Position numbers and translations under genes: made by a program
Shown: piece after piece, positions 48,001 through 58,700 of the stretch
How positions within the stretch are numbered: the first letter of the stretch is position 1
How the letters are laid out: every line of letters starts with the position of its first letter
Assembly (NCBI RefSeq): GCF_018977255.1
Contig: NW_024704742.1
Coordinates: forward strand, 135,720,001-135,784,000
DNA length: 64,000 nucleotides
Source: Callorhinchus milii
Taxonomy: Eukaryota
Reading direction: 5' to 3'
Notes under the pieces: model-generated
What the model was told of the DNA's origin: nothing
The model's input: the letters and a program-made list of their open reading frames with translations, nothing else
Databases searched by the model: none

Positions 48001-51000
48001 CCTTTCTAGCCCACATCCGTGCCATGACCCGATCTGCCTTCCCCCACCAATATCACCCGATTCCGCCACTGTCTCACACCGCAGGCCGTCGAGACCCTGA
48101 TACTCACATTAATAACATCGAGGCTCGCCTATGCAAACTCATTGCTTGTCGGCCTCCCCAACTCCTCCTTCCATAGGCTGCAGATCATCCGGAACTCTGC
48201 AGCCCGGGTCCTCTCCTGCACCAGGCTCCCTATCACCGCCATCCTCACCCGACTCCACTGACTTCCGATCATACAGAGGATACAATTCAAGATCCTGGTC
48301 CTCACCTTCAAAGCCCTCTATGGTCTTGCTCCCCACCTACCTCTGTGACCTCCTAAACTCCTACCATCCTGTTCGCTCCCTCCACTCAGCGGGCTCCAGC
48401 CTAGTTTGACTGGTTGGAAGAAAACTCCCAGAATAGACTGAATGGGACGGTTCCTGAGACTCGGGCAAGGTGGAATTTCCAGCCTTTGGAGTCTGTGACG
48501 GGCTAAGTCAGGGCGGAGGCGCGGGAAGCCTGACAGTATTAGATACATCCAGTCAGAGTGAGTGGGGGTGCCAATGAGTGTAGTGCGTCCCCTGATATAA
48601 AGCGATGGTTTTGAGGGGGAAGGAGGCATAAAAATTCAGGCAGGTTTGAGCGATAAAGGGACCACCGGTCAGCACTTCCATGTCGCTGATGTTCCATATA
48701 TTGAAACAACAACAACAAATTACATTTGTATAGGGCCTTTCACGTCGGAAGGACGTCCCAAGGCAGGCAAAGCAGTGAGGTCCCGAGCCGGGAGTCTGCG
48801 GGGAAGTGTTCTGGAAGCAAGAGGATCGATTCCTGGGCAGGGCGAAACCTTAGGCAAGCTTCCATACGTCCGTCTACCTAGCAGTAAGAAGGAAACAGGG
48901 TGCTGGTTGATTGGCGGGTCACTTTTCCAGGGGTAATAATCTTTCCAAACAAAAACCCAATAATAATAATATTTTGGTCACTCCATCTACAACCATTTGT
49001 GGGACGCTGCTGTGCGCAATTGGCTGTCACGTATCACCCACAAAATATACAGTCAATTCACTTTACAGCATATTCTGTGAAGCGCTTTGAGACGTCGAGA
49101 AGACATGTTAAGGCGCTGTATCAAAAGCAAGGATTGTTACTTTTATTATTATTACATTTATATAGCGTATTTTATGTCAGAAGACATCCCAAGCCATGCG
49201 GTCACAAGCTGGGAATTTACGGGGAAGTGGGATTGTCCTGGAATCCCGTTGAGTGCGGGTTCCGTCCGTGTATCCTGACTCACCCGTCGGTCTTGCTCCT
49301 GCTCCCCCACCGGCTCCTCAGCGAAGCTCTGCTGAACAGTCTGTAAACTGAAGACCATCTGCTTCAGAGCCTCAATGGGCCCCGGGTGATTCCCCCCACA
49401 TAGCCGCGAGCCACGGCCTCTGTCCTCCTAAACAAACAAACACAGCAGCTTAGAGCCGGCTCTGACATAATGTACCAAATGTAAGAACTATTATTATTAT
49501 TAAGAATATTATTATAATAGCCCCTGCCCTCACTAACCTGACTGTTAAAGCTGTCACAGCTCTGGATGAACCTGTCAATCAGAGCAGACTTGCAGTCTTC
49601 AGCGTTGCCCACTGGTACTGGTGACTTGCTGGGGAAAGATAACAATAACATAATCCTTGCATTTGACAGGGTGAGGGGACAGGGGGTTACACAGCAACAC
49701 AGTGATCACTGATCACTGATCACCCAAGGAACCAGGCACCAAAACAATATCCTTTACCCCGCTTTACAGGGCTTGTAACATGGAACTGAGCTCACAGTCC
49801 AGGAATATACGGATTGATACTCAATGATGAGGTTTGGTTTGGTCAGCCGGGTGTCTCACACACACGGAAACCCATCACCCTGCTGATGAGTATCTAGACT
49901 GAGAATTCCACATATTCACGTCACCTACACATGGAAATTTCTCCATACTTGGAACCGAATGCCCACACTCTCTCACCTAACTCAACAGAGTATTAGGCGC
50001 AGATTGCCAAGAGCCAAGGCTTGGGTACCCCAGAGTCTGTGTTGGGGTAACTGATGGAGACTGACCAGTAAAAACCACATAGTCTGGCAATGTTTTCATG
50101 GGACACGTTTTCACAGGATATATTTTCATATGTTTTCATGGGATGCGCTTTTAGGGGACATTTCGCTCACAAAATACACAGTCAATCTACTTTACAATGT
50201 AAGTTGTCTGTCGGATTGCTTTCGAGAGGTAATAATCTCTCTAAAAAATAAATAAACATAATTGGTCACTCAATCCACGACTGTTTGTGGGACGCTGCTG
50301 TGCATAATTGACATCCGTGTTTTGCCTACAAAATACACATTCACTTCACTTTACAATATATTCTGTGAAGCGCTTTGAGAAGTCTCAACGGCGTGATGAG
50401 GCACTGTATCAAATGGGAGGATTATTATTATATTGTTATAAATCTGTATTGTTATAAATGTTAGGCTATCTTTACACCCTTAAGTGGAGTAGAACAACAT
50501 GTTTTTACAGGATGTGTTTTACGGGAATTGTATTTACAGGATGTTTGCTTTCACCCCGCATGAAACTCACAAGGTGACGGGCGGGTTGTCCCATGACCGG
50601 TTGGCCTCCAGCACTTCCTCTGTCCGGGGGCTCCCATCGTTCCCCTCTGGGACCGTCGGTCCTTGCGACAAAGCCTCAAATGCCCGCTCAGCCTTCTGTA
50701 TCAGGTCATCAATCTGCTCCTCTGTGGCAGAGAGGAAGAAACATTGGATGGAACACTGCAAAACACCTCATTCCTTTTTTTCCACCCCAAAAAACCCAAT
50801 TAATCCCAGAGTCCAGTACGTTTTCAAAATGACTCATATTCCTCAACATAAGACAGCGAATGGACTTAAGAATGTGAGAAATTTAGTCCCGCGGAAAGTG
50901 ACTCAGAAACTGTAGAGCTCTCACCTCAAAAGCGAGAGGAAATTGGTTTGATTCCCGGGCAGGGTGAAAGCTGAGGCAAATTTCCTCACTCCACAAGTCT

Positions 51001-53398
51001 GTTTGCAGTAAGTAGTTGTTAGTCTAAGCATTAAGCTACAGGACTCAACGAGCTTGTGTGGATGAAAGGGCCATTTCTCCTTCTACCCTTCCTCAACCAT
51101 TGACCACCCCCCACCCCTTCCTCCCCATGCCTGCAGGTCAGATGTTCTGTGCACTTTACCGTACCTCTAAACAGCTCAGCGCGGCACCTCCCTGGTACCT
51201 CCTCCGTGCCCGAGTGGGCGAAGCGTGCGAGGGGAAACGGCATCCTCTCCCCGGCGTCTCTCTCCCGGCTTCCCGGTCCGAAGCGGCCGGCAAAGTTCCC
51301 ATTCCCCAGCTTGCAGTGAGCTGTGCCAGAGCGCTGGACCTGCCAGGGGTCAGATTCCAGGTCGCATTCCCTGAGCCAGCTCGGATATGTCAGCTCCGGA
51401 ACGCTAGTGATCCCGGAGAAATCCAGATCGGGATCTGGGCTAGTGAGCCACCTGGGATAGTCAGGGCGGGCGGGGGCTGCTGGTCGCTGCTCTCCCAGAC
51501 TGTCGGCAAGCCGGGGGGCACGAGGGGTGTTTTGCAGGATTGCTCCGAGGCCTGCTGCGTCCCAGGGGAATTTCTCAGCTTGGAAGGTGCGGGCACTGCC
51601 TCTGTGGTAGCGGGGTGCCTGGGCTCCATGGGAGTGGGGGGTCCGGCAGTGCCCACTCCGCGCCCGGCACTGGAGCGCGACACGGTGGGTGAGGGGCAGC
51701 GAGCCGTCCGAGGGCAGCCCCACCAGGTCCTCGGTGGTCAGGCTGACCAGGTCAGGGTCGCTGGCAATCCTTCTGCTCAGGGGCCAGATGGCAAACCTGT
51801 CCTCACCCCAAACTGCTGCCGAGAAGAGAAGGAGGGGGGACTCATTAGCCAAATGTTATCTGTGCCAGATAGCTGGACACCGGTGAGAGGCACTCCTACA
51901 CGCATTCATCACATCCAGGCTTGACTATGAAAATTCCCTGCTTGTCGGCCTCCCCAACTCCTCCCTCCACAGGCTGCAGATCATCCAGAACTCTGCAGCC
52001 CGTGTCCTTTCACGCACCAGGCTCCATTACCCTATCACCCCCATCCCCCATTAGAAACCTATAAGATCATCAAAGGGCACGATAGAGTAGATAGTGGGAG
52101 ATTGTTTCCCCAGTTGGAGAAACTGAAACCAGGGGTCACAACTTTAAAATCAGAGGCCAGCCCTTTTCGCATTGAGTTGAGGAAGAACTTCTTCACTCAA
52201 AGGATGGTGAACGTATGGAACTCACTACCCCAAAGGGCTGTTGACGCTCAGTCCTTGAACATATTCAAGACTGAGATAGATAGATTTCTTATTGCAAAAG
52301 GGATTAAGGGATATGGGGATAAGGCAGCGTCAGGTTATTAGCTGGAGTTAGATTAGAAGATCAGCCATGATTGAATGGCGGGGCAGGCTCGAAGGGCCGA
52401 ATGGCCTACTCCTGCTCCTACATGTTATGTTATCCTCACCCGACTATACTGGCTTCCCATCACACAGAGGATACAGTTCAAGATCCTATTTCTACCTTCA
52501 AATCCCTCCACGGCCTTTCTGTCCCCTACCTCTGCGACCTCCTAACCTCCTACCGACCTGTCCGCTCCCTCTGCTCAGTGGAATCCAGCCTGCTTCATGT
52601 CACCCGCCTTGCCTGCCCCGCCATTGATGGGCGGGTCTTCGGTCTCTCTGCCCACCTTCTGGAACACCATCCTACAGTGCCTCCGCCTCGCCCCCTCCCT
52701 TGCCTCCTTTAAGACCTGCCTCAAGATGCTCCTCTTCGACCGTGCCTTTGTTCACCTCCTACCTCTACCCTCCCAGCACTCCACCCTTCTTGATCCCAAA
52801 CTTCAGTTCTGACTGTCCAGCGCCTTGGGACTTCCTCCTGATTTGAAAGGCACTCGACATATATAATTTACTTTTGTTGTTTTTGAATCACAGGACACAA
52901 CATAGGAATAGGAGTAGGCCATTCAGCCCATTGAGCCTGTTATGCCATCGTATAATATCATGGCTGATCTGTACCTCACTCCAATTACCCCATTTCCTTG
53001 ATATCCTGACTTAACAAATATCTATCCACCTCAGCGTTGAAAATGTGAATGGATCTCAGCATCCACAACCTTCTGGGGGAGAGAGTTCCAGATTTTCATT
53101 ATCCCTTGGGTGAAAAATGAGGGCGGCGGCGGGGGTGGGCGGAGAGGAAGCGTGAAGGGCCGGGGTGGGTGGGTGGGGGGAGAGCTCAACAACGAAAGCC
53201 AAGAGACTCACACTGCTGGTCATCATCAGCTGGTAGCGAACGCTGCTCAGGAAGGCTCTCCAGGTAAAGCTTTTTGCTGTCCGCCACCGAGCCGGACCCC
53301 AGGTTCCGATCAAAGTTCTCAATGTACGCATCCAGCGCCTTCGAGGCCGACTGGTACGAGTGGCCACCGTACAGGATGGAGCCCTGAGACTTCGCCAT
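45004..53398 (-). CDS. C18orf54: Lung adenoma susceptibility protein 2 (LAS2) ortholog, 7 coding exons, about 481 aa
   Basis: complement(join(45004..45079,47261..47409,49284..49427,49538..49628,50571..50721,51165..51812,53212..53398)). Motifs recalled from human LAS2: [76 protein letters not shown]. The donor at 47261 is uncertain. Confidence 0.88.
45085..45830 (-). mobile_element. L2 3' fragment abutting the last C18orf54 acceptor
   Basis: L2 RT C-terminal motifs on the minus strand. Confidence 0.85.
46598..46800. mobile_element. Penelope-type inverted-repeat (pLTR-derived) hairpin element with a decayed hammerhead core
   Basis: Arms 46644-46685 and 46705-46745, and 46598-46620 and 46750-46772, are reverse complements. 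Minus strand reads CTGACAAAGGGT-TTTGG-ACCCAAAA; plus strand reads GGACCCGAAACGTCGAC. Confidence 0.6.
47261..47409 (-). CDS. C18orf54: C18orf54 coding exon 6 (3' boundary uncertain)
   Basis: ccaccag|MALSVLQ...FETTPITR...; the only phase-2 GT donor seen is AG|GTCCAC. Confidence 0.55.
47550..48400 (+). mobile_element. L2 RT fragment with internal deletion
   Basis: [13 protein letters not shown] and LVLLDLS-type motifs followed by the L2 3' region. Confidence 0.85.
49284..49427 (-). CDS. C18orf54: C18orf54 coding exon 5
   Basis: tttag|[35 protein letters not shown]...DRR|gtgagt; 144 nt. Confidence 0.9.
49538..49628 (-). CDS. C18orf54: C18orf54 coding exon 4
   Basis: ccccag|[14 protein letters not shown]...FNSQ|gttagt; 91 nt. 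Confidence 0.88.
49838..50092 (-). repeat. Unclassified ~300-bp repeat, copy 4
   Basis: Same blocks as copy 1, more diverged. Confidence 0.8.
50571..50721 (-). CDS. C18orf54: C18orf54 coding exon 3
   Basis: ccacag|[16 protein letters not shown]...[15 protein letters not shown]|gtgagt; 151 nt. Confidence 0.9.
51165..51812 (-). CDS. C18orf54: C18orf54 coding exon 2 (large exon)
   Basis: NAGNAG acceptor; [18 protein letters not shown] and [26 protein letters not shown]; donor AG|gtacgg. Confidence 0.88.
51850..52885 (+). mobile_element. L2 3' fragment interrupted by a CR1 3' end (52052-52430)
   Basis: L2 breaks at ATCACCCCCATCC and resumes ATCCTCACCCGACT; the insert reads [22 protein letters not shown] and ends (ATGTT)n. 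Confidence 0.85.
53212..53398 (-). CDS. C18orf54: C18orf54 first coding exon
   Basis: Acceptor at 53430; [30 protein letters not shown]...QQ T|gtgagt. Confidence 0.88.
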
Positions 53399-54106
53399 CA
53401 CCTCCCAAATCTGAGACTCATGGTGAAATCTTGCCGTTAAAAAAAAGACAAGAAACAGAAATAATGCTTCCATTTGATATCACGTCTTAACAGCTCTTCG
53501 AGACGTCTCAAAACACTTCACAGAATATATTGTAAATACAGTATACACAAAATAACACAAAACACAGAGTGGATTGACTGTGTATTTTGTTGGTGAAACG
53601 CAGCAGCCAACTGCGCACAGCAGTGTCCCACAAACTGTCGTGGATTCAGTGACCAATATTTTTTTGGGGGCAGGAATTATTACCCCCAGAACGCGAGGTA
53701 TTTGTCGAGGTATGTTGCTACTTACTGCGAGGCAATCAGAGGCAAGTGGAGTAAGGAAACTCGAAGGTATCCCAGGAATCAAACCCGGTTCCTCTCGCTT
53801 GTGAGGCAAGTGCACTAAGCACAAAGCTACGGGGCATTTGGTCCAAGGGCATCCTTCAGTCAATAGACATCAGGATAAATACACCCACTGCCTTTGGTAA
53901 ATTTGCCCTTCAGCGTATGGCTGAAGGAATTTCCACCCGATTGTACTTAAAGTGTGTCCGTCTGCCTCAGGTGACAGCATTCTCTACTCTCGAGGCAGAA
54001 CGGTGTGGGTTCGAGCCTCGTATCAGGAATTGGAGCTCACAGTCCAGGATGAAACAAAGCAGTACTGGAGGCGAACTGTATTATCAGAGATGCCGTCCTC
54101 TTCACT

Positions 54107-54855
54107 ATCTCTGGGTCTCAGTCTCTCTCTCTCACTCTCTGGGTCTCAGTCGCGCTCTCACTCTCTGGGTCTCAGTCGCGCTCTCACTCTCAGGGTCTCA
54201 GTCTCTCTCTCTCACTCTCTGGGTCTCAGTCTCTCTCTCTCTCTCACTCTCTGGGTCTCAGTCGTGCTCTCACTCTCTGGGTCTCAGTCGCGCTCTCACT
54301 CTCAGGGTCTCAGTCTCTCTCTCTCACTCTCTGGGTCTCAGTCTCTCTCACACTCTCAGGGTCTCAGTCTCTCTCTCTCACTCTCTGGGTCTCAGTCTCT
54401 CTCTCTCACTCTCTGGTCTCAGTCTCTCTCTCAGCTCTCAGGGTCTCAGTCTCTCTCTCTCACTCTCTGGGTCTCAGTCTCTCTCTCTCACTCTCTGGGT
54501 CTCAGTCTCTCTCTCACACTCTCAGGGTCTCAGTCTCTCTCTCTCACTCTCTGGGTCTCAGTCTCTCTCTCTCACTCTCTGGGTCTCAGTCTCTCTTTCT
54601 CACTCTCTGGGTCTCAGTCTCTCTCTCTCACTCTCTGGATCTCAGTCTCTCTCTCTCACTCTCTGGGTCTCAGTCTCTCTCTCTCTCACTCTCAGGGTCT
54701 CAGTCTCTCTCTCACACTCTCAGGGTCTCAGTCTCTCTCTCTCACTCTCTGGATCTCAGTCTCTCTCTCTCACTCTCAGGGTCTCAGTCTCTCTCTCTCT
54801 CACTCTCAGGGTCTCAGTCTCTCTCTCACTCTCAGGGTCTCACTCTCAGAGTCTC
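54107..54855. repeat. Pyrimidine-rich minisatellite, unit about 24-30 bp (GGGTCTCAGTCTCTCTCTCTCACTCTCT/A)
   Basis: More than 25 imperfect copies. Confidence 0.95.
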
Positions 54856-54883
54856 ATTGAATCTCATTCACTTTCTGACACAA

Positions 54884-54995
54884 ACTCACTTCCGCCTCTG
54901 GAGCAGTTGTAACATTCAGACCGCACTGCGCACGCGCCGTCTCTTCATTGGCAACACTGCAGTTGTCGCGGCCGATCAGCGGCTTTCCCTGAGTG
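54884..54995. promoter_or_regulatory. Putative (bidirectional) core promoter and C18orf54 non-coding first exon
   Basis: CpG-rich unique island. Minus-strand donor AA|GTGAGT at 54890/54889; ETS-like GCGGAAG; NRF1-like TGCGCACGCGC at 54927-54937; ATTGG/GGCAAC (CCAAT and RFX half-site). Confidence 0.55.
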
Positions 54996-56380
54996 ACCCC
55001 AACCCCCAACTCACCCCAACCCTCACCCCACACCACCTGCCCCCAACCCCAAACCCCACCTCACCCCAACCCCCACCTCTCCCACCCAACCCCACCCCAC
55101 CTCTCCCCAACCCCAACCCCACCCCCACCCCCCCAACCCCCACCCCCCCCCACCTCTCCCCAACCCCAACCCCACCCCCACCTCTCCCCAACCCCCACCC
55201 CACCCCCACCTCTCCCCAACCCCACCCCACCCCCACCTCTCCCCAACCCCACCCCACCCCCACCTCTCCCCAACCCCCACCCCACCCCCACCTCTCCCCA
55301 ACCCCAACCCCACCCCCACCTCTCCCCAACCCCAACCCCACCCCAACTCACCCAACCCCACCCCCACCCCTACCTCTCCCTAACCCCAACCCCCACCTCT
55401 CCCTAACCCCAACCCCCACCTGCCCCAACCCCAACCCCCAACTCACCCCAACCCCAACCCCACCTCTCCCCAACCCCACCCCCACCTCTCCCTAACCCCC
55501 ACCCCACCTCTCCCTAACCCCCACCCCACCTGCCCCCAACCCCACCCCCACCTCTCCCTAACCCCACCCCCACCCCCACCTCTCCCCAACCCCAACCCCA
55601 CCTCTCCCCAACCCCAACCCCACCCCCACCTCTCCCCAACCCCAACCCCACCCCCACCTCTCCCCAACCCCAACCCCACCCCCACCTCTCCCCAACCGCA
55701 ACCCCCACCTCTCCCCAACCCCACCTGCCCCCCAACCCCAACCCCCACCTGCTCCCCAACCCAAACCCCCAACTGCTCCCCAACCCCCACCTCTCCCCAA
55801 CCTCTCCCCAACCCCAAACCCCACCTGCTCCCCAACCCAAACCCCCAACTGCTCCCCAACCCCCACCTCTCCCCCACCTCTCCCCAACCGCAACCCCCAC
55901 CTCTCCCCAACCCAAACCCCCACCTCTCCCCAACCGCAACCCCCACCTCTCCCCAACCCCAACCCCCACCTCTCCCCAACCCCCCACCTCTCCCCAACCC
56001 CAACCCCCCACCTCTCCCCAACCCCAACCCCCCACCTCTCCCCAACCCAATCCCCCACCTCTCCCCAACCCAAACCCCACCTCTACCCAACCGCAACCCC
56101 CACCTCTCCCCAACCCCAACCCCCCACCTCTCCCCAACCCCCACCTCTCCCCAACCTCTCCCCAACCGCAACCCCCACCCGCTCCCCAACCCCACCTGCT
56201 CCCCAACCCCACCCGCTCCCCAACCCCACCTGCTCACCAACCCCAACCCCACCTGCTCCCCAACCCCAAACTAGCTGCTCCCCAACCTCACCTGCTCCCC
56301 ATCCCCCAACCTCACCTGCTCCCCCCCCACTGGCTCCCCAACCTCACCTGCTCCCCAACCTCACCCCCCCCCCACCCCAC
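54996..56380. repeat. C-rich satellite (CCCCAA/CCCCACCTCT units) with G-quadruplex potential on the minus strand
   Basis: About 1.4 kb of C3-5 runs separated by 1-5 nt. Confidence 0.95.
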
Positions 56381-56887
56381 CCTTGATACACAGCCCCAAT
56401 CCAGCTTCGTGTCAACCTAATCTGATCCCATCCCAATCCAAGCCCCAACCCTATACTGACCCCATTTTAACCCTAGCTCCATTCTGATCCCAGCCCCACC
56501 TCTACCCTGATACCAACCCCAGTCTCTTGGACACATGCAGTCACACATGTTCCAGCACTGGGTCACACACAAACTCACAAGGTGGGGTCCGCACATTGAT
56601 ATAAGCTCAACAAAGTACTGGACAGTTTTCTGGCCAGAGTAGCTGATGATGGAAGAAAAAGGCGGAGTGCTGTTTGGTTTTATTGTAATCAGTCCTTATA
56701 TTTTGCTGTATACATATCCACTTCCTTCTCTGGTGCCGGGCCTGACACCACGGAGGCCATTCAAGGAGTCTTCTCCTCCAAGAGGCACCCTCCCCACCAT
56801 CCAATTCAATGTCATCTGGGCTCAATTGGTAGTTCTCGCCGAGTCAGAAGATTGTTGGCTCAAGAACTCTGTGACACAACCCTGAGA

Positions 56888-57207
56888 GAAGTCCTGTAGC
56901 TCAGTGGTTGAGCACTCGCTTTGCAAGTGAGAGACCTGAGTTCAATCCCAGGCAGAGGGCGAAACCTTGGGCAAGTTTCCTTACTCCACACAGAGCCTAA
57001 TAATAATCCCTCCAAAACCAAAACAATAATAAATTGGTCATTTTCAATCCACGACTGTTTGTGGGGCATTGCTGTGCGCAATTGGCTGCCGCGTTCGCCC
57101 ACAAATATACAGTCAATTCACTTTACAGTGTGTTCTGTGAAGCGCTTTGGGACGTCCTCCCGACGTGAAAAGCGCTATATCAAATGCAAGGATTATTATT
57201 ATTATTA
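56888..57207 (+). mobile_element. Young tRNA-derived SINE
   Basis: Near-identical to the other young copies. Confidence 0.9.
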
Positions 57208-57864
57208 TAGAAGGGAGCTATATAAATGCAAGTTGTTGTTGTTCAACCCACACATCAGGACTTTGAACTTATATTTAAATAACAATAATTCACATTATTT
57301 ACTTTGATCTTACAGTCTTGTACAGTCCTGGAGAGTTTTACAGTCTTCTGGGAGACATTAAACCGAAGTCCTCATCTGTCTGTTGGAAGTTAAAGATCCC
57401 AAAGCACTATAAGAAGAGTTTCTCCCAGTGTCGTGGCCAACAAATCCCGAGATAAAGTAGGTCATCACTTTATGTTGTTTGTGTATTGTGCGAAAATTGC
57501 CTGTTGCATTTATCACATGCAGTCACCACACTTCACAGTAGAATCCTGTGAATAATTGACGATATGAATAAGGCATTATATTGCGCACAGCAATGTACCA
57601 CAAACAGTCTCAATTCACCACAATTGGCTGTTGTGTTTCGCCCACAAAATATACAGTCAATTCACTTTACAGTATAGCCTGTGAATCGCTTTGAGACGTC
57701 TCAACGACTTGAGGCACTATATCAAAAGCAAGGGTTATTATTATATCCAAAGCAGGGAATGTTTTTATTATTATTGCTCTACAGTAAATCATGTGAAGTG
57801 CTTTGAGACATCGTCCTGACGTGCGACACTGCATCAAGTCCCAGTTTTATTATTATTAGTTTTT

Positions 57865-58700
57865 ACAGCCTCCGACTCCGTTCCCGGTGCTCGCTGCTCT
57901 CGGTGAGCCTCCTCGCGCGAGGGGTGCGGTGTCACCGAATGCAAGTTGTCGTTGTCGCTGATCCGACCGCACAGAAGCCACATCGGTGTCGTCGGTGGTG
58001 ACGACGGTGGTGGGAACCTTTCCCGGGAATCGGCCCCAGTGCTGATGGTTGTCCACCTCTCGGAGCAGACAAAGGCTCTACGCTGCGCCGTCTCCGGGAG
58101 CCGATGAGCTGCTTTCCCATGTGGGGAGCGTAGACCTTCAGCCACCGGCAGAGACGCCCCCCGGCCACGGGGATCACAGCCGCTCCCCCTCCCCTCCCCT
58201 CCCTCGGCGCAGCCCAGTCACACACACACACACACACACCCCCCTACAGCCAGGCGCCGGCAACAGAGAGAGGGGCGATCGGTCTGACCAGCCATGCAGA
58301 TGTGGAGGGCGGATTTCTGCAGGGATGGAGTGATGGGCCAGCGCAAGGCGAGGTTCACGGAGAACGGGCTGACGGCGCTGACTTACGCTGTCATGGCCCG
58401 CCGACACATCCTCTTCTCCACCGGGGTCATGCCGGGCCAGGTGCAGGAGAGGCTGCACGGCTGGCGGGAGGTGGTCCGGATGGTGAACGCCGAGGAGAGG
58501 ACCACCCGCACTTGGGAGGAGTGCAGGAAGAAAGTGTACGACCTCAGGAAGAGCGCCAGGGTGAGTGCCTCCCGGAGCCACACGCACATCGATAGGAACA
58601 ATAGAGAGCGTCGGTTCTGTCGCGCCTTTCCCCGTCGGGATGTGTCAACGCGTCTCGCAGGTAATCAGCCTGGCTCGGTCGTTTGCGTTCTCTTCTGGGG
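57865..58700. promoter_or_regulatory. CpG island
   Basis: Dense CpG and high GC relative to the flanks; contains the Myb/SANT-like exon. Confidence 0.65.
58294..58560 (+). CDS. Myb/SANT-like DNA-binding domain exon (NAIF1/MSANTD/Harbinger-Myb type); downstream exons not found in the window
   Basis: RKARFTENGLTALTYAVMARRHILF...WREVVRMVNA...RTWEECRKKVYDLRKSAR|gtgagt. Start at 58294 or 58333; possible acceptor at 58249. Confidence 0.8.

Noticed and set aside
49880..49910. CTGATGAG as a hammerhead core in the 300-bp repeat
   Set aside because: The other copies read (C/T)TTAAG(A/G)G at this position and no stem II/GAAA geometry is evident.
51058..51924. 288-aa + strand ORF
   Set aside because: Antisense shadow of the GC-rich C18orf54 exon with no recognisable motif.
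54107..54855. Regularly spaced repeats resembling a CRISPR array
   Set aside because: No unique spacers and no cas genes; this is a eukaryotic minisatellite.
53917..56252. Long Ser/Leu-, Pro/Thr- and Gly/Trp-rich ORFs
   Set aside because: They are translations of the CT minisatellite and C-rich satellite, open in several frames only because the repeats lack stop codons.
54996..56380. Interstitial telomere
   Set aside because: CCCTAA is rare; units are mostly CCCCAA/CCCCACCTCT.
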